NCBI RefSeq assembly: GCF_009914755.1
Contig: NC_060928.1
Reading direction: 5' to 3' (one strand)
From: the human T2T-CHM13v2.0 reference genome, Homo sapiens
Length of the DNA stretch: 64,000 nt
The notes under the pieces were generated by a model. The model ran no database searches and was not told where the DNA came from. It saw only the letters and a list, made by a program, of their open reading frames with translations. Shown here piece by piece: positions 1 to 15,300 of this stretch (its first letter is position 1; every line of letters begins with the position of its first letter). A program made the position numbers and the translations under genes.

Positions 1-505
1 TGATCTCATTATTTTTCATGGCTCTGTAGAATTCCGTGATCTATACATACCACATTCTCTTTAGCCAGTCTATCATTACTGGACATTTGGGTTGATTCCA
101 TGTCTTTGCTGTTGTGAATAGTGCTGCAATGAACATACATATGCATGTTTCTTTATAATAGAATAATTTATATTATTTTGGGTATATACCCAATAATGGA
201 ATTGCTGGGTCAAATGGTATTTCTGGTTCTAGATCCTTGAGGAATCACCTCACTGTCTTCCACAATGGTTGAACTAATTTATAGTCCCACCAACAGTGTA
301 ACAGCATTCTTATTTCTCCACAACCTCTCCAGCATCTATTGTTTCTTGACTTTTTAATAATCACCATTCTGGCTGGCATGAAATGATAGCTTATTGTAGT
401 TTTGGTTTGCATTTCTCAAAGATCAGTGATGTTGAGCTTTTTCATATGTTTAGCCACATGTGTCTTTTATTGAGAAGTATCTGCTCATACACTTGGCACA
501 GTTTT
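1..505 (-). mobile_element. L1 (old L1PA/L1PB-like) ORF2 3' segment; tail lies left of the window
   Basis: The reverse complement begins near the L1 '[10 protein letters not shown]' region (atgagcagatacttctcaataaaagac) and runs toward the 3' UTR. Confidence 0.9.
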
Positions 506-1743
506 TCCCCTTGAAAACTAGGACAAGACAAGAATGTCCTCTCTCACCACTCTTATTCAACCTGGTGTTGGAAGTTCTGGCCACAGCAATCAGGCAAGAG
601 AAAGAAATAAAGGGTATTCAGATAGGATGTGAGGAAGTCAAATTGTCTTTGTTTACAGATGACATAATCCTATATCTAGAAAACCCAAATCCATTGAGCC
701 CCAAAATTTGTTAAGCTGATAAGCAACTTCAGGAAAGTCTCAGGATACAACATCAATGTGCAGAAATCACACACATTCTACATACCAAAAACAGACAAGC
801 AGAGATCCAAATCATGAATAAACTCCCATTCACAATTGCCACAAAGAGAATAAAATACCTAGGAATATAACTAACAAGAGAAATGAAGAACACTTCAAGG
901 AGAACTGCAAAACACTTCTCAAGGAAATCAGAGAGGACACCAGCAGATGGAGAAACATTTCATGCTTATGGATAGGACGAATCAATATCGTGAAAATGGC
1001 CATACAGCACAAAGCAATTTATAGGTTCAATCCTATTCCTATTAAACTACCATTTACATTCTTTGCAGAATTAGAAAAAAAGCCTATTTTAAAATTCATA
1101 TGGAACCAAAAAGGAGCTTGTATAGCCAAGACAATTTTAAGCAAAAAGAACAAAGCTAGAGACATCATGTTATCCAACTTGAAACTATACTACAATGCTA
1201 CAGTAACCAAAACAGCATGGTACTGGTACAAAAACAGGCCCATAGACCAATGGAACAGAATAGAAAACTCAGAAATAAAACCACACACCTACCACCATCT
1301 GATTTTTGACAAATCTGACAAAAACAAGTAACGGAGGAAGGTTTCCCTACTCAATAAATGGTGCTGGAAGAACTGGCTAGCCATATGCAGAAAATTGAAA
1401 CTGGATCCCTTCCTTATATGTTATACAAAAATTAACTCAAAATAGATTAAAGACTTAAACTTAAAACTCAAAACTATAAAAACTGTAGAAGAAAATCTAG
1501 GCAATACCATTCAAGACCTAGGCATGGGCAAAGATTTTATGATAAAATCACCAAAAACAATTGCAACAAAATTAGAAATTAACAAATAGGATCTAATTAA
1601 ACTAAAAAGCTTCTGCACAACAGAAGAAACTATCATCAAAGTGAACAGGCAACCTACAGAAAAGGAGAAAAATTTTGCAATTTATCCATCTGACAAAGCT
1701 CTAACATCCAGAAACTACAGGGAACTCAAGCAAATTTTCAAGA
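500..1743 (+). mobile_element. L1 ORF2 RT/post-RT segment, the inverted 5' part of the same element
   Basis: ORFs [68 protein letters not shown] and [18 protein letters not shown] match L1 ORF2p; contains stops and frameshifts. Confidence 0.95.
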
Positions 1744-2379
1744 GGCCATACTTTCTACTCTTCTTTGAAAAAGATCAGGCACTGTTCTTTTTTAGGGATT
1801 TTAGATTTTATGTACCCTCTAACTGGAGTTGCAAATAACTTCATTTCCTCTTGAATAACTCCTTCAAGTATTTTCTTAAATGTTTTCTAGTAAGGGCACT
1901 TGTCAAAAATTGTAAACTTCTATTCCAACATTCTTTATTTTGCTTCTTTATTTTTTCTTCCCAAATATATTACCATTAATACATAATTTATTTTTTAATT
2001 TATTTTTCTATTTGTCTTCTATTTCTGGATGGCAAGTTTTTAAGCATTTCTCTCTTTCTCTCTCTTGCTCTCTTTCTCTAACGGCCCTAATCACAGTATC
2101 TGGAAAAGAACCTAAGCCCTCAAATAAATCTAGCATACAAATGAATAAATTGGCTTAGATAAATATGAAAGATAGAAAACTCTGAATTAGTTTTAATTAT
2201 TGACATTATTGTTGCATTTGTATCACTCAGGATAAGCTAGGTTTTACTGCATTCGCAAACAAACCCTGAATTAATTAGCATAAAATAATTATCATATGCC
2301 CACAATAAATACTCAAAACAAGTCTATGGGAAGTTCTGCCATTATAGACAGAAACTTAGACTGACAGAGGATGAACTTG

Positions 2380-3010
2380 AGCTTTTTTTAAGTGTTTCAC
2401 CCCCAAATAAAGGGCCAGTTGGTGTACCTTGTACTCTATACTATAAAGAAAGAGGCACACTTCTTTATTGGCCACATTTGATAATAGAAGTGGCACAACA
2501 ACTTCTGCATGTGCTGTGTCGTCTGCCTGGAATGTCATTCTCCCAGAATAATCCATTTACCAAGTGGCTTTTTAAGCTTTCAGCTCTCAATGGCGGGCAA
2601 AGAAAGAGAAGGCTTCCTATCAAGTATGAGCAAAAGTGTCAGCTCTTCTGCTTCTTTGGCCAAATGATCTAGTGTATCTTATACAATTTCAAGTTTCCTT
2701 GGCAGATAAGAAAGCTTTATGGAAACTGTCAATTACTGATGGAAATATCATGGCACAGACACTTACTGCTATGAGAAAGCTTTGGAGAAGACTATGTACT
2801 TTTCTTGAGAAAACTATTCCACCTTTTAAAGACAGAAATCAGCTTATGACTGGGTCCCTATGGAGACAGAATACTTTATTGTGGGATACAAAACTTATGA
2901 ACCTGAGCTACTTAACCTCTGTGTATATAATCCCTAGATTACACCAAGTGTATGGCATGTAGCAGAATCCTGTCTTTAGAAGACAATTGGATTCCTAATG
3001 ATCCTGAAGG
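2380..3010 (+). mobile_element. Ancient ERVL-class pol fragment (RT connection/RNase H)
   Basis: ORF 2636-2962 ALLLLWPNDLVYLIQFQVSLADKKALWKL resembles ERVL ALPLGPYDPADPMVLEVSVADRDAVWSL; upstream aaagaaagaggcacac corresponds to KKEA(Q). Confidence 0.7.
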
Positions 3011-5149
3011 AACCAGTATTTGCTTAAGTAAGTGGTTATTGTTCCTATAAACCTACTGCTTCTATTCTTTTTCTTTTTAGCTATCTCTTATGATCTCATA
3101 GAGTTCCCTCTCAGCAGCTTAATAAAGAAACAAAAACAAAACAAATATATGTTTGTATATGTTAAGCGATTCCTCTCCTTTCTTTATGCTATCATTTTAC
3201 ATGATTTTATCTGGGATAGTTAACTTTGCATTTGAGTCTTTATACAAGTTATCAAAGGACATTGGTACTAAGTTTAGTAAGTTTAAATGACATCTAGATA
3301 AGCATAAAGAGACTAATGGGACTGCTTGCCTATAATATCATAGAGATGATAAGCAAGTTTTAATTTGTACTATAGTGGTTGATAGTATTAAGTAGAAGAC
3401 TGATAGAGTAGTTGATGTTTAACAGCTCTAATATAGATAGAAGTTTGTATAGGTTAAAAGTGGAACAAACACGTAAAACGTTGGAGACTCAGTATCATTT
3501 CTGTAACCTTTTACCTTCTCTCCTATGTCATATGGAAAGAAGTTTGAAAATGAATTTCCCTAAATCTCTTCACAATATATCTATAGAATAGAAGGTGACA
3601 ATTAAAAATCTAAAAGATGAGAGAGAAAGAAATCTCATTTTCTGGCAATAGCTGCATATAGGTAGTTGAATTTCTAAACTGTGGCTTCCAGATGTTGTGG
3701 GATTAATCCATTTTGGTGCCTTAGGTATATGGGATTATTTGTAACAGTTCCCTTGCAATTATTATGGAATATCTTTTGCCAAAGAAGAATTAAGATGAGT
3801 GCAGTTTATACAGGATATGTTAAATAATTACCATGTAAAAAAATAATAAATGAAGATACATGTTTAGTTAAATGAGTAGAAAAAAACAATTTGCACCCTA
3901 GTATTAAAACTAAGAGAAAACAATAATGTTTTACTCATTTAAACATACCTTTGCAATAGGTTAAAACTAGAGTTTATTCTAATGTTTGTAAACATAAAAA
4001 TACAATTGACAAATCTGTTAATTAGGCTAAAGACCATAGTACTATTATTCAAGATAATTGTAAGGTAACTAAAATCCCATAGATTCAACAGAACTGACAA
4101 AGTAAAATAAAATGAAAGAGTGGTTTGAGTCTTGAGTACAGCTAAGGTAGGGAACTTATGAAGTGTGTAGTTCAAACATTTTAGTTAATTTCATGAACAT
4201 TCTTTGTTTCAAAAAAAATTATAATTTTTTTGAAAAAAATTATAAAATTATAAAGAAATGGCTTATAGTAAAAAAATCACATAAACTTATGCAATTGAAG
4301 AGCTTCTCCCTACTTGTTGACTCTATATATTAACTGGCATCTGTATAAAAGTATAAATTTATACATCAATACATATGCATGTATATGTCTGTGTCTTTAT
4401 GTATCTGCTCTGTGTACACTCATTAAAAAATTAAATCTCAATTTATTAGTAATTTAGAAACTTTCGTTGTTTTTGTCTTAATTTAAAAGAAGATATTTTA
4501 ATTTCATTTTTCTTTTTAAATATATATGTATAAAACAAGTAAATGCATAGCATGCTGTATTAACAACATATTTACTTGAAAAAATAACTTTGAAATTGTA
4601 AAAGCTATATAAAAATAATGCTGTGCAATCTTTAAGTATGCCTTTTTAAAAAGCACTTAGTAAAATAATAATAATTAACTATGTAATCTAAAGATGAGAC
4701 ATGTTATAAACATCATTTGAATATATAATTAAGAATATAAAAAAGTAATAAAAATAGCACAAAAATAGATTCCACTATGCCTAAGCCTCATCCTCCTTTC
4801 TGCAGATGGTCTGTTGAGGAAAACATCTCTGGGAAACTAGCCATTAATGGAATCAGTGGAAGTCGACAGTTAAACATTAGCTGGAGGATTTAAAAATTAC
4901 TTGTGTCTGCTTGGCAAGTACACTATAACTGATGTTATAAACCCAATGATACAAAAAGTCTTGCTTGAGTGGAAGGGAGGCATTCAAGGACCAATGGGAT
5001 TCTCAACTTATTTAGGTGGTATCACTGGTGATGATGTATCTTCATAAGAATTGAACAGAAAAAGATGCTCTTTTAACCAACAAGATAAATGTATTTGTTT
5101 GTTAAGCTTTTTTTCCGCAACCATTTTTATGCAATTAAGTTATTTATAC

Positions 5150-5320
5150 TTTAAAATTGTAAAATTATTTAATCTCTCCATGCATTAGTTCCATCTTCTG
5201 TGAAATAGGGCAATAATTTTGTCAAACTCATAGAGTGCTTTTTGGATTAAATGATATAATACAGGTGGAGCATTTAGAAAAAGTACCTAGAAACTCAGCA
5301 TTAGTAAATACTACTGTAAT
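5150..5320 (+). mobile_element. MIR SINE fragment
   Basis: The core ttatttaatctctccatgcattagttccatcttctgtgaaataggg and ggattaaatgatataat resemble the MIR consensus. Confidence 0.65.
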
Positions 5321-5514
5321 CAATATTTTATATATATATATTTATGTAATATATTGTATAATATATAATTTTATAAATAATAAAATTAAATTATATTGGG
5401 AACTTGTGTCTCATAAGACTGTCTATTGTTAATCTTCCACCTTCTACAATCTCCCAAATGAGAATAATCAAATAAAACTCAAATAAATCAAATAAAACCA
5501 TAAATAAACTTTAA

Positions 5515-6538
5515 AAAAATGCAACTGATTTTTAACAAAGGTGCATAGTCATTTCAGTAGACAAAGGAAAGTCTCTTTAATAAACAGTGCTACAATATTT
5601 AGTTACACGTATGCAAATAGTTAAGCTTCAATCTATAACTTGTAAAATGTACAAAAATCAAAGCAAATTGTTCATAAATCTAAATGTAAAATCTAACTCT
5701 ATGAAACTTTTAGAAGAAAGCATAATGAGAAAATCTCCATGAATTTAACATAGACAAAATCTCAAGATACAACACCAAAGCATGATTTATTGGAAAAATA
5801 CGATAAATGTCACTTCATCAAAAGTAGGCAATTTTGCTCTTTGGCAGAAACTGAAAGAATGAAAAGGCAAGTCATAGAGTGGGAAAAAAATGCAGTACAA
5901 ATATGGGATTTAAAAAACCACAAAACCAAAAGCCTGGTATCTAGCACATATAGAGAACTCAATAATAGTGATACCACAACCCAGTTTTTCAAAGTTTACA
6001 AAACATGTGAGCATACAATGCATTTAGTAAATAAGCACATCTATAGATATTCAACGTTAGTAATCATTATGGAAATGTAAATTGAATTCACACTGAAAAG
6101 CATTAGAACTCTATTAAAATATCCAAATTTAAAAGATTCATAATAGAAAGTGCTGCTGCTGATGAGGTACCACTGGAACCGTTATAACTTGCAGGTTGAA
6201 CGTGAAAGGGAACTACCACTTTAAAAAATAATTTAGCAGATCCTTAAATAGATAAATATATCCCTGCCACATAACCCAGCCATTCCTCTATTCGTTTGTC
6301 AGTTCTAGAGAAATAAAAGCATACATCTATACTAAGATTTTTACACAAATGTTTATAACAGCTTCATCTATAAGAGCTTCAAACTGGAAATAACCCAATT
6401 GTTGAGCAATATACACTGCAATATTAAAACGAATGGTGCTTGGCAACAATGGAAAAATATTAACAGTTGATACATGGATAATCATGGATGGATATTAAAA
6501 TAATTATGCTGGATAAAATAAGCAGAAAAAAGGGTACA
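5515..6538 (+). mobile_element. Old L1M (ME/MC-like) ORF2 3' end
   Basis: caactgatttttaacaaaggtgca, gaatgaaaaggcaagtcatagagtggg, ataacccagccattcc and aactggaaataaccca are degenerate L1M motifs. Confidence 0.8.
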
Positions 6539-6612
6539 GGCCCGAGGGTGGAATCCTCACCAGAAACCCCGCCCTTCTCCTCCTAGCACTTCCCTGCCCC
6601 ACGCCTGCATCA
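6532..6612 (-). mobile_element. ERV1 LTR terminal fragment (MER52/LTR27-like 5' end)
   Basis: The reverse complement TGATGCAGGCGTGGGGCAGGGAAGTGCTAGGAGGAGAAGGGCGGGG starts with TG and resembles remembered MER52-group LTR starts; a GC-rich island in AT-rich DNA. Confidence 0.55.
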
Positions 6613-7231
6613 ATGGCATGAGTTTACCTATATAACAAATTTGTACATGTAGCCTTGAACCTAAAACAAACATTAAAATAAAAAAAGCAGAATTACCATT
6701 AGATCCAAAAATCCCACTATGGGGTATCTATCCAAAGAAATATAAATTGTTTCTCCAAAAAGACACACGCACTCATATGTTCACTGCAGCACGATTCACA
6801 ATGCCAAAAACATGGAATCAATCTAGGTGCCCATTAATGGTGGATTGGATTTTAAAAATTTGGCACATATACACCATGGCATACTATGCAGCTTTAAAAT
6901 CAGATTTTTTTTTCAGTAATATGGATGCTGCTGGAGCCCATTAATTTTAAGCAAGTTAATACAGTAACAGAAAAACAAATACCACGTTCTTATAAGTAGG
7001 AGCTAAACATTGGGTACACACAGACACAAAGGTGAGAACATTGGGGACTACTAGAAGAGGGAGAGAGAAAGTGGAGAGAGGACTGAAAAACTACCTCTTG
7101 GGTGCTATTTTCAGTACCCGAGTGACAGAATTAATCATACCCCAAACCTCAGCATCATGCAAAATACTCATGTAACAATCCAGGACATGTACCCTCTGAA
7201 TCTAAAATAAAAGCTGAAATTATTTTTAAAA
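6613..7231 (+). mobile_element. Two adjacent L1 3' ends (short 6613-6687, then L1PB-like 6688-7231)
   Basis: Two separate terminal motifs (tttacctatataacaaa..cctaaaacaaacattaaaataaaa and catgtaccctctgaatctaaaataaaag); ORF KDTRTHMFTAARFTMPKTWNQ is the ORF2 C-terminus. Confidence 0.85.
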
Positions 7232-7669
7232 ATTGGAAGCACAAATAAAGTAAGTTACTTTGATAAGGTCTCACAGCTCACAAGTGGCAAGGCAAAGATT
7301 TGTCTGTCTCCTTGCAAAACACACCTGAAAACTGCAAAGTACTAATAACTGTTTTATTATAGTTTTGAAGGATGTTTTGTTATTTGTAATGTTTTCACTT
7401 GGAAATTGTAATAATATTTTACTTTAGAAATGTATATATGTAGAATTTCTTATGTACTGTCATTTTGATTCTAGTAGAAATCATGCCTGCTATGACCCCT
7501 CTGTTTTGGAACTGAGACAATGAAACAGAGAGATGGGAAAATTCACTTTCTCTCTAAAAGCCATCTCACATGCCAATGTAATTGATCAGATGACACTTCA
7601 ATATCCAGCTTTAGTGCAACCAATACAATAAATTCAAGCAATATGTTTTATTGATGTGAAAATCGGAGA

Positions 7670-8150
7670 ATTACATGTTTCAACTCCCAAAACAAGTTTC
7701 TAGGGAAAGACAATGGAAGAGACAAAAATAAGGACCCAAGAGGGACATATAGCCTCTGACACGTACAGCTACAGCAAACGGTGAGCACAGCATAATCTCT
7801 AGCCAGATAAACATAAAACCTCCTTAAAGGCCTACTGACTTCTCTTCCTTTCACCCACTAAATCATATCCAGTTTTCAACAAAAGCTTACAAGGCATACT
7901 AAAAGACAAAAAAAAAAAAAAAAGAACACATTTTGAAGAGACACAGAAAGCGTCAGAACCAAGACTGTGACATGAAAGATGTTATTATTATCAATCCTGA
8001 CTTTGAACATAACTATAATTAATATGCTAAGGACTCTAATAGAAAAAGTAGACATCATGCAAGAACAGATGGATAATGAATGCAAAGAGATGGAAACTCT
8101 AAAAAAATGAAGAAAATGCTATAAATAAAAAACACTGTAACAGAAACAAA
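7670..8150 (+). mobile_element. Old L1M 5' UTR/ORF1 fragment
   Basis: ataactataattaatatgctaagg..aaaagtagacatcatgcaagaacagatggataat..gagatggaaactct is typical of L1M ORF1 coiled-coil sequence. Confidence 0.7.
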
Positions 8151-8729
8151 AAATTATAATTACTACTTCAGTTACAAAAATAGCAGGCTTTGTTTGAAGC
8201 CTTTTGTGTGAAAGTTTGTGAATGTCTGTGAACTTAATACTTCTAAATATCACTTGGATTTTGGAAGAAAATTAAAATTAAGAGTTCTAGAGATTTTAAT
8301 ATTTTTTTATTTGCTTATAAGTCATAAAGTGACAAGTTAACATTATTTCTCTTCACACATGTATGTACTTATTTTCTATGGGAAGTGTTAATAGTTTGAT
8401 TTAGTTCTAACTTTGATTCAAAGCCTTTATCTGGCCCTGTGAGCACATGAAAAAGGTCTCCATGCCAAAGTTGTGATTAACTTTATAGATTCAGGGGAAT
8501 TATGGAAATGCATCATGCAAAATGCCTACTTGCCAAAATTATTCCATGACCTTGTGCTTAGGCTGAGTTTTAAATAATTCAGTGATGTATTGAATGAATA
8601 AATTTGTATTGCTTGTTACTCTAAACAGTCATGCATTCACTTTTCCTTGCCATTTTTAATAAAGCCTAGTTTTCTAATATTCATGAAATATTGCATTTCA
8701 ATTAAATTACATAGGTTTTGAAAAAATAG

Positions 8730-9135
<406 letters not shown>

Positions 9136-10446
9136 AATACTGTCACTTTTTAATGAGATACTTTTTGATCATGTATAACAGAACACTGTTGGAGGAACTG
9201 GATAATAAATACAAACTATTTTGTGTATGGGGTATATGATGTATTAAAATATCCAGAAAATTTCAACTTAAACTTTTGCTAATTTATTGGAAATTATAAG
9301 TGTATACTATCCCAAGTCGTCTTAATTTCAAGTGTATGCACATAATACATTATTCTCAAACTTTTCATTTTTCTCTCATTCACATTACACATCTTCATAA
9401 CACAAAAATAACTGGACAAGACCAAGTGGCTTTTTGGATTATTAGACTTATTTGCTTTTTAAAACCATGCACTGTCATGTAGCTGTTACATTTTACTAAC
9501 CTGTTGAATTTGTCCTATATTTAATGATATTTATGCCTCAAATAATTTTGATGTTCTCAGGTTATTTCTTAGTGAATCAGAACAGTAGTTCTTTAATTGA
9601 AAAAAAACTTTCTATGATTAGAAACAGCAGCAATAATAATTCTAGTTATTATATGTTGTACTTTACAGGTATTATCCTATATTTAATTATAATACATATA
9701 CTTAATGAACTGGACCTTGCATATCAGCATACTTTTATCCAACTTTAGGCATAGTAAAACTATAACAGCCATCCCATTAAACAAAAGAAATATAAAATTG
9801 AAATGTGTGATGTTTTACACGTGAAAAACCATGAATTATCAGCATCTACATACTAATACGCACTTTGCACATGTCTTTTTAAAAAATGTATATACCATTG
9901 ATTTTGGTAGCTTTGAATCATTTCACATTAAAATTATTGGCATTTTCATAACAAAACATCCCTTTTAGGTATCCTCCCATTCACCTTAGCTCTCTTATTT
10001 TATAAAGGCAGGTGATTTCAGGCAGCTGGGATTTGATGCCACAAAAGAATTTTAAATGTATTCCGTTGCAGAGGGCTTAGAAAAAGACACAGTCAGAGTC
10101 TGTCATGAGGATTTTGTAAAGCATTTTCATTTTTATAAAAATCAAGGAAATACAATCCTATTCATTTATTCTCTTTAATTCACTCGATCTACACTGTAGC
10201 AGCCATTAGTGTAGCAGCATCAGAAAAGGGTAACTTCAGATAGCCCAAACTGCCACACACTCACTCATTTCTTTTGTGTAGATAATTATTAAAATAACAT
10301 ATATTATATTAATATAGCCAAATATAGTGTAAAATAAAATCACATCTGTATAAGGATTTTAGATTTATTAAAGTTGATCTCATTAACATACTTTGACATT
10401 TCCCTCAGCCCCTATGCAAAAAGACTCATTTTATCTCTAGCCACAT

Positions 10447-11048
10447 ACATGAGCAGACTTCTAAGGTAATCCCTGAGACTCCTGCCCTGTTATACATGCC
10501 CTGTATGTATAAATTTGTATACATACCTTGTACGTGTTAAATTTCCTCTTTTTGAATATGGGGGAAGCTGTTAATATAATATGATAGCACCTCCCTTGAT
10601 CGTCCCTTCATATGGCAAAAATGATGATATAGTCACCCCCATGATAATGCCACAAAGACTCCTGTTTATTACACTGGATAGCAGAGACACTCTTCTGCTG
10701 TCTTTGAAAAAGTAAACTGTCATGTTGTGAGAGAGCCAAGTAGCTACGATCTAAGGGTGGCCTCTGGGGCCTGTGAGTAACCCCCAGAAGACAATCAGAA
10801 AACAATAAAGACCTCAAGCTGCAACCACAATTAATGAGTTCTGCCGACCACTCGAGTGAGCTCGAGGAACCCAAACCTTAGAAAAGACTGCAGCTTCAGC
10901 GAACACTTCTATATCCGTCTTTTGAGCAAAGAACACAGGTAACCCAAGTTAGGTTTTCTTACCTACTGGAACAGTGAGATAAATGTGTGTTGTTTTTAAG
11001 TGCTGAGTTTGTACTGATTTGTTATGCTACAATAGAGAATGAGCACAA
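10447..11048 (+). mobile_element. MaLR solo LTR (MLT1F/G-like)
   Basis: Starts gcagacttctaaggtaatccc; ends gataaatgtgtgttgtttttaagtgctgagttt..tttgttatgctacaatagagaat. Confidence 0.75.
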
Positions 11049-11739
11049 CATACAAGGGTTTCAAATTTGAACAGGTATCAAAAAATCATAACAAATATTT
11101 CAAAGTGTCTTTCAAGATATAACAATATTTATCTTTGCTTTAATGTATTGGAAGTTATAGATGTAAATTCTAAATAAAATACATTAGAAAATATTACAGC
11201 CCAGGATATTTATATACATATATGAGTGTGTGTGTGAATGTCTGTGTAAAATGACACATATGCTTCCCTACATATATTCATGTTTACACATACACACACA
11301 CAGACATATCACAAATATTCATCGCTAAATGATGTAAGGAGATATATTGCCCTAAATAAAGTGAAAGTTTAAAGTTAACCAATGTTTTATATCTTTATCA
11401 GAATTAAGGGAGAATGCCTGCAGCAGAAAAGATGAAAGAATTGTGTACATTAGAGGTTTATTACCATTTTCTACTGCAGAAAATCAATGTTGCTGATAAT
11501 GTACCTTTACATTTTCAGCGTAAATAAATATGCATATAAAATATTTAATTGAAAAAATAAAATTATGTTTCAAGTGATGCGATTTTTAATTTAAACCTTA
11601 AAAGTCATTTTAAATGTTAAATAATTTTATTGCATTACATTCTAAAAAGCAGATACAAACTTGAATCATTTTGAATCATTTGTAAATTGAATAAGAATAA
11701 AAAGTTTAATGCATCAAAGTCAGTGTATAAAATAATAGA

Positions 11740-12341
<602 letters not shown>

Positions 12342-15300
12342 GAGACATCATGTATGCTGAATTCGAATTTGTATTTGTAATACAATGTGGCGTTTATGTA
12401 TTACCAATATCATTGATTCATATATTCTAATTTAAAAATAATAGCAAAATCTTCTGTTAGTGTTAGGATAACTATAATATCATTCTATTTATGAGCTAAT
12501 AGAAATTCATCTAAGATATTGCTTACATTGCATTTAGAGATACTGAGAAGAAAATAAAACTTAACTTTGGTTTATAAATACTGAAGTTTGTGCCATAGTC
12601 TAGCATTAGGTGAATACTAGAGTATTAGATTTACTCTATAAATGGGCTAAAATTTAAAAATCTGAAAATATATTTGGAGATATTAATTGTAAACTTACAT
12701 TGGTTATTCTTAATGGAATCACTGCCTATTAGGAGAGATTCTGACATTAATTATTCCTTTAATAAACTATATATTTGACAGCAGAGCATAAAGAAATTTA
12801 AAATAAATAAAGGGTCTAAAACTGATTAAATATAAGATTATGTAGAAAAAGTGAAGCTTTAAGATGAACCCTATGTAAAATCACTAATCCTACCTTTCGG
12901 CCTAACTTTTGATTTTTGGTTACTAAATATAAGCCAATATTCAACTCCAAAGCAATCTGGAATAATTATAAAGTTAAGCACTTTATCGCTTAACATTTGA
13001 ATTTTCAAAGGAAATAACATAATTTCTGAAGGTGGTTGTAGTTATGTTGTTCTTGTTGAAATACATGATGATTTCTTATTATTAATTTTACCTGTATTGC
13101 ATCATTTGACATTGTAGTTTTGGGAGGTTTTGCATAATATTTTAATGTTTAATGTTACTAAATATCTCCTTACCAGTATGCCTTGACATCAAGCAATGGT
13201 GAGCCTAAGGCTCAAATCTAGACAGTTCTTATTTTTGATGTTTGTATTTTCTTTAGAAGAACCTTATAGGTTTTTAACTAACTTGTTTAAGAAAACTCAA
13301 AATTTGTACACTTTCTAAAATATATATTTTGTTGTTATTACTATTTAATTATATACATTTGTAAAAATTTATTTAATTTAAATTTATATTTATGGGTACA
13401 TTTAATTTTGATTGGTATGTTTGCATGGATAGTAAATCATTCTAATCAGTCTCTGATAAATTTGAAATGCATTTCTTAATTACTACTCTTGGGAAATTTG
13501 TTGATATCCTCATCATTCCAGTTTTACATGCAATGAATTAGACACTAGGGAGAACCCGATATTTTTCTATTCCATGTGAATATTGTTCCAATAGCTTTTT
13601 CAACACCTGTTTTGTATTTTGTTATTGTCACTGTATTTTAATTAATAAAATTAATGCTAACATTTCATAATATTAATTTATGTAGCATTTAAAGGTACTT
13701 TCATCTTTCACCTGGAATTTCCAAACACTACATATTCATATCATAACTGATATTCATGGTTAACTTCTAAAGCAATTAAAAAACATTTTGTGACAGGGCC
13801 TATTCTTCAGTTGCCTGAATGTATACAAATATTATTTCTTAAAATTTTAAACTTTATAGAGCATACATTGAATCACATACATTGAATCACAATTATATAC
13901 TCATTGTACAAATCAGTATTTTTCTTTACAGTTAATACTATTAATTTTCCCTACCAGATCTGTGGTTATAGTAAAACCTTCCTAACAGCATATATAAGAG
14001 ATGTCTAAATGGAACTGTAAAATTTATTTGGGAGTAGTAAATGTCATTTTTTTCAAAATTATTTTTATAATAACATGGTAAGAATATTGGAGCTACATTT
14101 CGTGTTTTTTGGAGGTTATATATGATCTTTACTGAATACATATATAAATAATGATAATATAAGCTGTGCATCTCAGTAGTTAAGTATATTACAGCAAAAT
14201 ATATTTTACTAATAAAGACATTGCTTATTAGCGTAAATAAGGAATAAAATCATTTATTAGGACTTCATAAAGTGTAATGATAAAAAAATGCTCTCATTAT
14301 TTTTCAAAAAACCTTTTTTTCATTAATGGAAAACAAATATTGTGACCAAAGTACATAATGCTACATATTTATAGTACATGTTAGTAGTATTTTAGTGTCA
14401 ATTATTTATTTAAGAAAAGAATTATCAGTTAAAAGTTTCAGAAAGTAAGTACAGAAAAATGACAAACCCCACGTTAGAAGCTGAGATGTGTGAGAATAAC
14501 TTTCTCTCAACTTAGCACCTTCAGCCTATGCTCATATTTCTTATTCTTCTTTGTGTTTACATTAGCATATTTAAACACAGACCATCTACTGTGTCAAATA
14601 TACAATGATGACAGTGACAGCTTGAAACTATAGAATATTAGTATAAAATTACAGCAAGTTACCAAATAAGAACACAACAGAGAAATTAAATAGAGGTAAC
14701 TACCAGTCTTCAGTTTATCTTTTTCCCCCAAATCCTGAGAATCTCTCCTTCTTTGATTCATTCCACTTTAATTTTATTTATCTGGAACTGAATAAAGTAA
14801 CACCTAATTTATCTATGAGCTATGTTTAAAAAAAACTGGGAGTTATCTATTCAAATGTGTCCAGTTGTCTTGCTTGTGTGTATTTTAATTGATTTATAAA
14901 TGTTATTTTCATGTATTTTAGAACTCCTTGCTTATATGTGATATATTGAGGATTGTCTATGTGTTCACTGGTTACACATGATTCATGGTATACATGTTAA
15001 AGCTTCTAAGAAATGTACTGATGTTAACAGTGCTATGCTTGGCTTAAGTTAAATCTGGCTAAAAATAAGTATTTTTGTGTATTATTTTTAGTTCTCTTTA
15101 TATTTTCTCCTCAAAGGAATGTGCAAATTCAGAGAATTCTAGATGGCAAATGCTTTTTTTCTTAATTTTTGAGAGTTAGCAAATAATTGTATGCTTTAGA
15201 ATAGAAAATAATTGGGTAGCCACTGTACTTAACTTTATTCTTTAAATTGATCATCTTTTTAGATAGAGTAAAATTATTTGAACATGAGGATATGATTAGC

